In this document: piece by piece, positions 59,862 through 64,000 of the stretch
How the letters are laid out: each line of letters opens with the position of its first letter
Position numbering within the stretch: position 1 is the stretch's first letter
Virus record (IMG/VR): IMGVR_UViG_2775506876_000001
Location: 1-64,000 of that record
Direction: 5' to 3' (one strand)
Source: a virus
Taxonomy: Duplodnaviria > Caudoviricetes
Length of the DNA stretch: 64,000 bases
Position numbers and translations under genes: made by a program
Notes under the pieces: model-generated
What the model saw: the letters and a program-made list of their open reading frames with translations, nothing else
What the model was told of the DNA's origin: nothing
Database searches by the model: none

Positions 59862-62552
59862 TCAAAGTTTTAACAATCCATTAACCTGATCAAACTCTGC
59901 TAAACCATGTTTAGCAACGTCTAGAAAAAGCTCAAGTATTTCTGGTTTTCTCAAATATTTCTTGTCTTTATTCCCATATTCTCTCAATACCTGAGCTTTT
60001 CTACAAAATGCATCTTTATAAAAATCTGATGCTTCGATAAATTGTTTTTGTTTATTTTCAAGAATTTTTTTACATTTTTTGATAAATTCTTGAAAAAGAA
60101 AGAGTTTTGATTGATCTATGTTTTCTAACTTATCCGTTAGGCTATGTTTGTAAACTAAACTAGCTTTTTCAATCAACCACATCCCAATTGCACAAGCTCT
60201 TAACATTGTTTCGTCACTCATGTGTTGTAAATCTTTATCAACACCTTCAGCAATTCTTAAGCAATGTAATGTTAATGCAATTCTGGCAACTTGTTCTGGT
60301 ATACGGTTAAGCCATTGCCCAAAAGCTTCATTAGTGTCAATGACATTTCTAGATTTCTCTAAAGTCTGATTTCTGAATGCTGCCCAGATAGCGTGGCTTG
60401 TCTTGGTGTTTTTGACCAGGGTATTAACTGGTTCACCCTTAACAGGATCTACAACGTGTGAAGCGTTTTGTATCTTTTTGTAAAGATTCAGACAGATTTC
60501 AGGAAAATCGAAATTAGTCTGAATATCTTCTAGAAACTTGTTGGGAACCACAATCGGTTCGGCAATCGGGACATAAAGGAATCTTCCACAGATACCTGAC
60601 CCAACATTATTATCGATATCAAAAGTATTATAGAAGCGTTTGGTTTGAATCGTACTGAGCATTGAGCATCTAAAAAAGTCGGCTTCTTCTTCAGATGTGC
60701 TGACACGATTTCTTAAGGTTGTGTCACCATTCCAAATACGGATGAACTGATCTAGCGCATTCCCTTTCTTGTTGTTGTTAATGGTATCAATGCCACTTAA
60801 AAAGTCTGTTACTTCATCAGGACTAATTAGCAAGCCATAATTTTTATGTTCCCCAGACATTGTGCTAATAGCTTGTAAGCTCGAATCAGTCACGATGTAT
60901 GGGTGGGCTTTTGTAGGTGTTGGACACATAACTTCCCGAATCTTTACCATATCCATATCATCGGGAATGCTAGATTGATATGTTTGTTGTAAGTACTGGG
61001 CTTCTTTTTCATCTTTCTTTAAGGTTTTCCAATACTCTGAAAAAGCGTTATAAGCTTTGTTATCTTGAATATATGTGTTATTGGCTTCGACAGCCAAACG
61101 CTTAAAAGACTTTTTGAAAGGATCAACGGCTAAAGATTTACCATCCGTAGAACCACCTAGAAAAATAGTAAATATATTACTCGAACAAATACCAGTACTA
61201 TTAAAATTAAAATTTGTGAACTTGCTTATTACACTACTAGAACAAGTCAGTAGTGACATAATTAAGTATTCTTCAGGTATATTATTTTCTACACCATATC
61301 TTTTTAAATCTTTTAAAATTGATGTACCGGATAATACATAGTCAGCACTTAATTTAGATGTCTGTGCTTTCTGTATATCAGACAATCCAGATTGGAAAGT
61401 GACTTTTTGATCCTCTGAATAATCTACCTCAGACAACATATTTTCAATTGTCTGGATCATTTCCTGATCTCTATACCCTGGTTCACGATCAAAAGTCTGT
61501 CTAAAAGCTAAACCAGCGATTATAGGTAGTTCGGCTGAAGTGAAATTTTTGACTTTTAAGCGGTTAACGTTTTCCTGTAACTCTTGGAATTTATCTAGAT
61601 TTTTCCTTTCTTGGTGTTTTTGTAAATTCTGATCAAGATTAAAAGCTGAATTCCATTCTTGAGCTAGTTCTTTAAGTTCTTGATCATCCAGGGTAGGCTC
61701 AGGCTTACTGTTAAAAGCACTATTCCATATTGTTTCTGATTCGCTTCTATCTATAGAAGGATTACAAGCTTGGCAATACTGCTCAAAAAGTTCATCAGCA
61801 GCACCCTGGTATTTAATACCTAGCTGATTTAATCTGTTTTCAGTACCAACTAAATTCACAGCTAATTTGTAGCCTGAGTTGTTTCTAGAACCTTGTTCAG
61901 CACCATTAATAATCAATTGTCTATCGGAACCAGTCAGAAAAAATTCGAGTATTGGAATATCTTGTCTAAAATCTGGTAAAGCTGATGATACTTGCTTTTC
62001 CGGTTTAGCTTCAGATTTACCGTTAGATTCTAGATAACTATATATAGGGTGATTTTTAGATATCGTTGCCACTGGTAAATGATTTGAATAATAAGGTTGA
62101 TTAGTTTTCGGATGGATGCCAGCAATAACTTGATAATGTTTACCCGTTCTAAATTCCAGTTGTTCTTGATCACCTGTAGCGATCGTGAAATGTTCAAAAG
62201 GTTTTTCGATTTTGTAAATTAAAGCTTCTCTTTGTCCAGGGTTAGAACTAATCGTTAGTGTCTCTGGTAGTTCAAAACCTAGCAAATCAAAGAATTCTAT
62301 AGCTGTAATACCATCCTTATCGATCGCTATGTATTCATTACCCAGAACTATAGAAAGCATAGTCATATCAGGGTAATCCGAAAGCTTATCTAGAGTTATA
62401 GTTCCGTTTTGCCAACCTTTAGCACCTTTACAAGGAATTTTCTTATCGTTTAAACCTTTCTTGCAAGGCACAAAAGCTGTAAAAACTAAGCTGGCTATTT
62501 GATTTAGGTCAATTACTGTAGCAGTAAACTTTGTAGCGGTTGTTGTTTTCAT
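59862..62552 (-). CDS. Primase-polymerase / PriCT / DUF3987-type helicase replication protein
   Basis: K.P...GWQ, IDKDG, LPETLT, LEFRTG.HYQVIAG.HP; GSRNN; GGSTDGKS, PDE, GRFLY. Confidence 0.85.
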   Translation of the reverse strand: MKTTTATKFTATVIDLNQIASLVFTAFVPCKKGLNDKKIPCKGAKGWQNGTITLDKLSDYPDMTMLSIVLGNEYIAIDKDGITAIEFFDLLGFELPETLTISSNPGQREALIYKIEKPFEHFTIATGDQEQLEFRTGKHYQVIAGIHPKTNQPYYSNHLPVATISKNHPIYSYLESNGKSEAKPEKQVSSALPDFRQDIPILEFFLTGSDRQLIINGAEQGSRNNSGYKLAVNLVGTENRLNQLGIKYQGAADELFEQYCQACNPSIDRSESETIWNSAFNSKPEPTLDDQELKELAQEWNSAFNLDQNLQKHQERKNLDKFQELQENVNRLKVKNFTSAELPIIAGLAFRQTFDREPGYRDQEMIQTIENMLSEVDYSEDQKVTFQSGLSDIQKAQTSKLSADYVLSGTSILKDLKRYGVENNIPEEYLIMSLLTCSSSVISKFTNFNFNSTGICSSNIFTIFLGGSTDGKSLAVDPFKKSFKRLAVEANNTYIQDNKAYNAFSEYWKTLKKDEKEAQYLQQTYQSSIPDDMDMVKIREVMCPTPTKAHPYIVTDSSLQAISTMSGEHKNYGLLISPDEVTDFLSGIDTINNNKKGNALDQFIRIWNGDTTLRNRVSTSEEEADFFRCSMLSTIQTKRFYNTFDIDNNVGSGICGRFLYVPIAEPIVVPNKFLEDIQTNFDFPEICLNLYKKIQNASHVVDPVKGEPVNTLVKNTKTSHAIWAAFRNQTLEKSRNVIDTNEAFGQWLNRIPEQVARIALTLHCLRIAEGVDKDLQHMSDETMLRACAIGMWLIEKASLVYKHSLTDKLENIDQSKLFLFQEFIKKCKKILENKQKQFIEASDFYKDAFCRKAQVLREYGNKDKKYLRKPEILELFLDVAKHGLAEFDQVNGLLKL

Positions 62553-62916
62553 ATATTTATTACTTCAGACCTGAATCTATTATACTATGTTTGTAAAAAT
62601 CATATAATACTGATGTAAAAGCTTTACTTATACCACAATCTCTATAATATCATTAAAATTTATAATGCTTCTGAACAGTATTATCTGTGTTATAGTTAAA
62701 TCAACATAAAATATTACTTCAAACCTAATTTTCAGCCAGCCCTAAAAGTTGGCTGATTTTTTTATCTAAAATTTGTCGGACAAATCAAAAAGTGACTTTT
62801 TGATTTTTAAATTTAAAGTTTGTAAATACCTATATGAAAATTGTGTAAATACCTATAGACGTTAGTAACAGCACTAAGTATTATATATAGTTACACAAAT
62901 CTCACAGGTTAGATAT

Positions 62917-63150
62917 ATGGCTGTCAAGTCTTTAGTCAGACCAACCAATCACCAGCTATCACAATCACAAATAGAGTTTTACCAAAATCTGAGACTCCAG
63001 AAAGCTTACAAAGAAGCCGAAATGTATAAGAGAAACTGCTTGAGAATAAAATCAGAACATTGTATATTTTGCAACTCTCAGAAGTTAGTTTTAACACCTC
63101 TATCAAAGGAAAGGACTTTTAAATGTTCAAGTTGCAACAGAAGTTTCTAG
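62917..63150 (+). CDS. Zinc-ribbon protein
   Basis: CIFCNS..FKCSSCNRSF. Confidence 0.65.
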   Translation: MAVKSLVRPTNHQLSQSQIEFYQNLRLQKAYKEAEMYKRNCLRIKSEHCIFCNSQKLVLTPLSKERTFKCSSCNRSF

Positions 63151-63353
63151 TATATTTTGTATATTTTGAATAAAATCAGATATATTACATCATTAATCAT
63201 CAGCTTGGGCATCTATAAGTATCAACACTAATAACCCTGTCAGAATTCTGGCAGGTTTTTTAGTAAATTTTGTTCTATAACACATTCTTGTAAAATTGTC
63301 AATTAAATATTGAATAACAGTGTGTTTGACCAGGGTAAACGCTGATTATAGTA

Positions 63354-64000
63354 TTTTTGTAGTTTTCATTGATTTTCATTGATAAGTTTAGCTTATACAC
63401 ATGTTATTTTAAGCATTTATACTTACTTGTACTACTGTAATAGTACAGATATTCTCAATAAGCTCAATATTCTCAATAAGACTACAAAAAATTTTGTAGT
63501 TTTTTGTAATAGTTTTTGTAGAAATTACAAACTACAAAAACCTTATGTAGCAAGGATTTTGTAATAGTTTTTGTAGATTTTGTAGTTTTGAGCCGGATAT
63601 AAATCTCTAGAGCTTTGTAGTATGTCTGTAATATAAAAACAGGTAGTTTTGTAGTACAAGAAAATCTTATATATCAAGGCTTATATGAATATCTAGTTTT
63701 CTATGGTCAGAGAAAAATAATCAAAAAATTATGTAGCCCAGGGTAGTTGTACTAACAAAAACCTAAATAGTTATAAATACTTAAACTAGTACAAATAATC
63801 TATTTAATTTGTATTACATATATAAAACATAAAGAAGTATAAGAAAAACTTATATTAATTTATCCTTTATATAACTAGTACAAATTTATAAGTAAAAATA
63901 CTTATTTAGATTTTTTATGATTTACTCAGGTTTTTGTTAGTACAACTACCCTGGACTACAAAAATTTATGATTATTTTTCTCTAGCCAGATTAAATCATA
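63354..64000. repeat. Nested inverted-repeat element, copy 3 (truncated by the window end; same orientation as copy 1)
   Basis: Near-identical to 10817-11434; both inner arms present. Confidence 0.95.

Noticed and set aside
1-64000. tRNA/rRNA genes, cas genes, integrase, transposase, alternative genetic code
   Set aside because: None recognised by eye; ORFs are long and dense under the standard code. tRNAscan and HMM searches were not run.

Overview
AT-rich (about 30% GC by eye) segment of a long-tailed, siphovirus-like dsDNA phage. The host is most likely a filamentous cyanobacterium, given the many HIP1 GCGATCGC sites, a cyanobacterial-type CRISPR repeat and leader, a PEP-CTERM protein and DUF2227. 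It encodes head and tail genes in blocks of alternating orientation, a 3204-aa multi-hydrolase tape measure protein, dcd and two thyX-type genes, a Dam-like methyltransferase, a membrane FtsK/HerA-like ATPase cluster, a ParB-like protein and a primase-helicase. The most unusual features are non-coding. (1) A cas-less CRISPR mini-array with leader (5 repeats, 4 spacers). (2) Three copies of a ~0.95-1.1 kb element made of nested inverted repeats. (3) About 24 mostly intergenic copies of the palindrome AAAAAGT(G/C)ACTTTTT, at least 8 of them exactly 3 bp from a second palindrome TTGTCNGACAW. (4) Roughly 100 copies of the hexamer CCAGGG. (5) At least five single genes flanked by 38-84 bp direct repeats. 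All product calls come from motifs recognised by eye; no database searches were run and all counts are manual.
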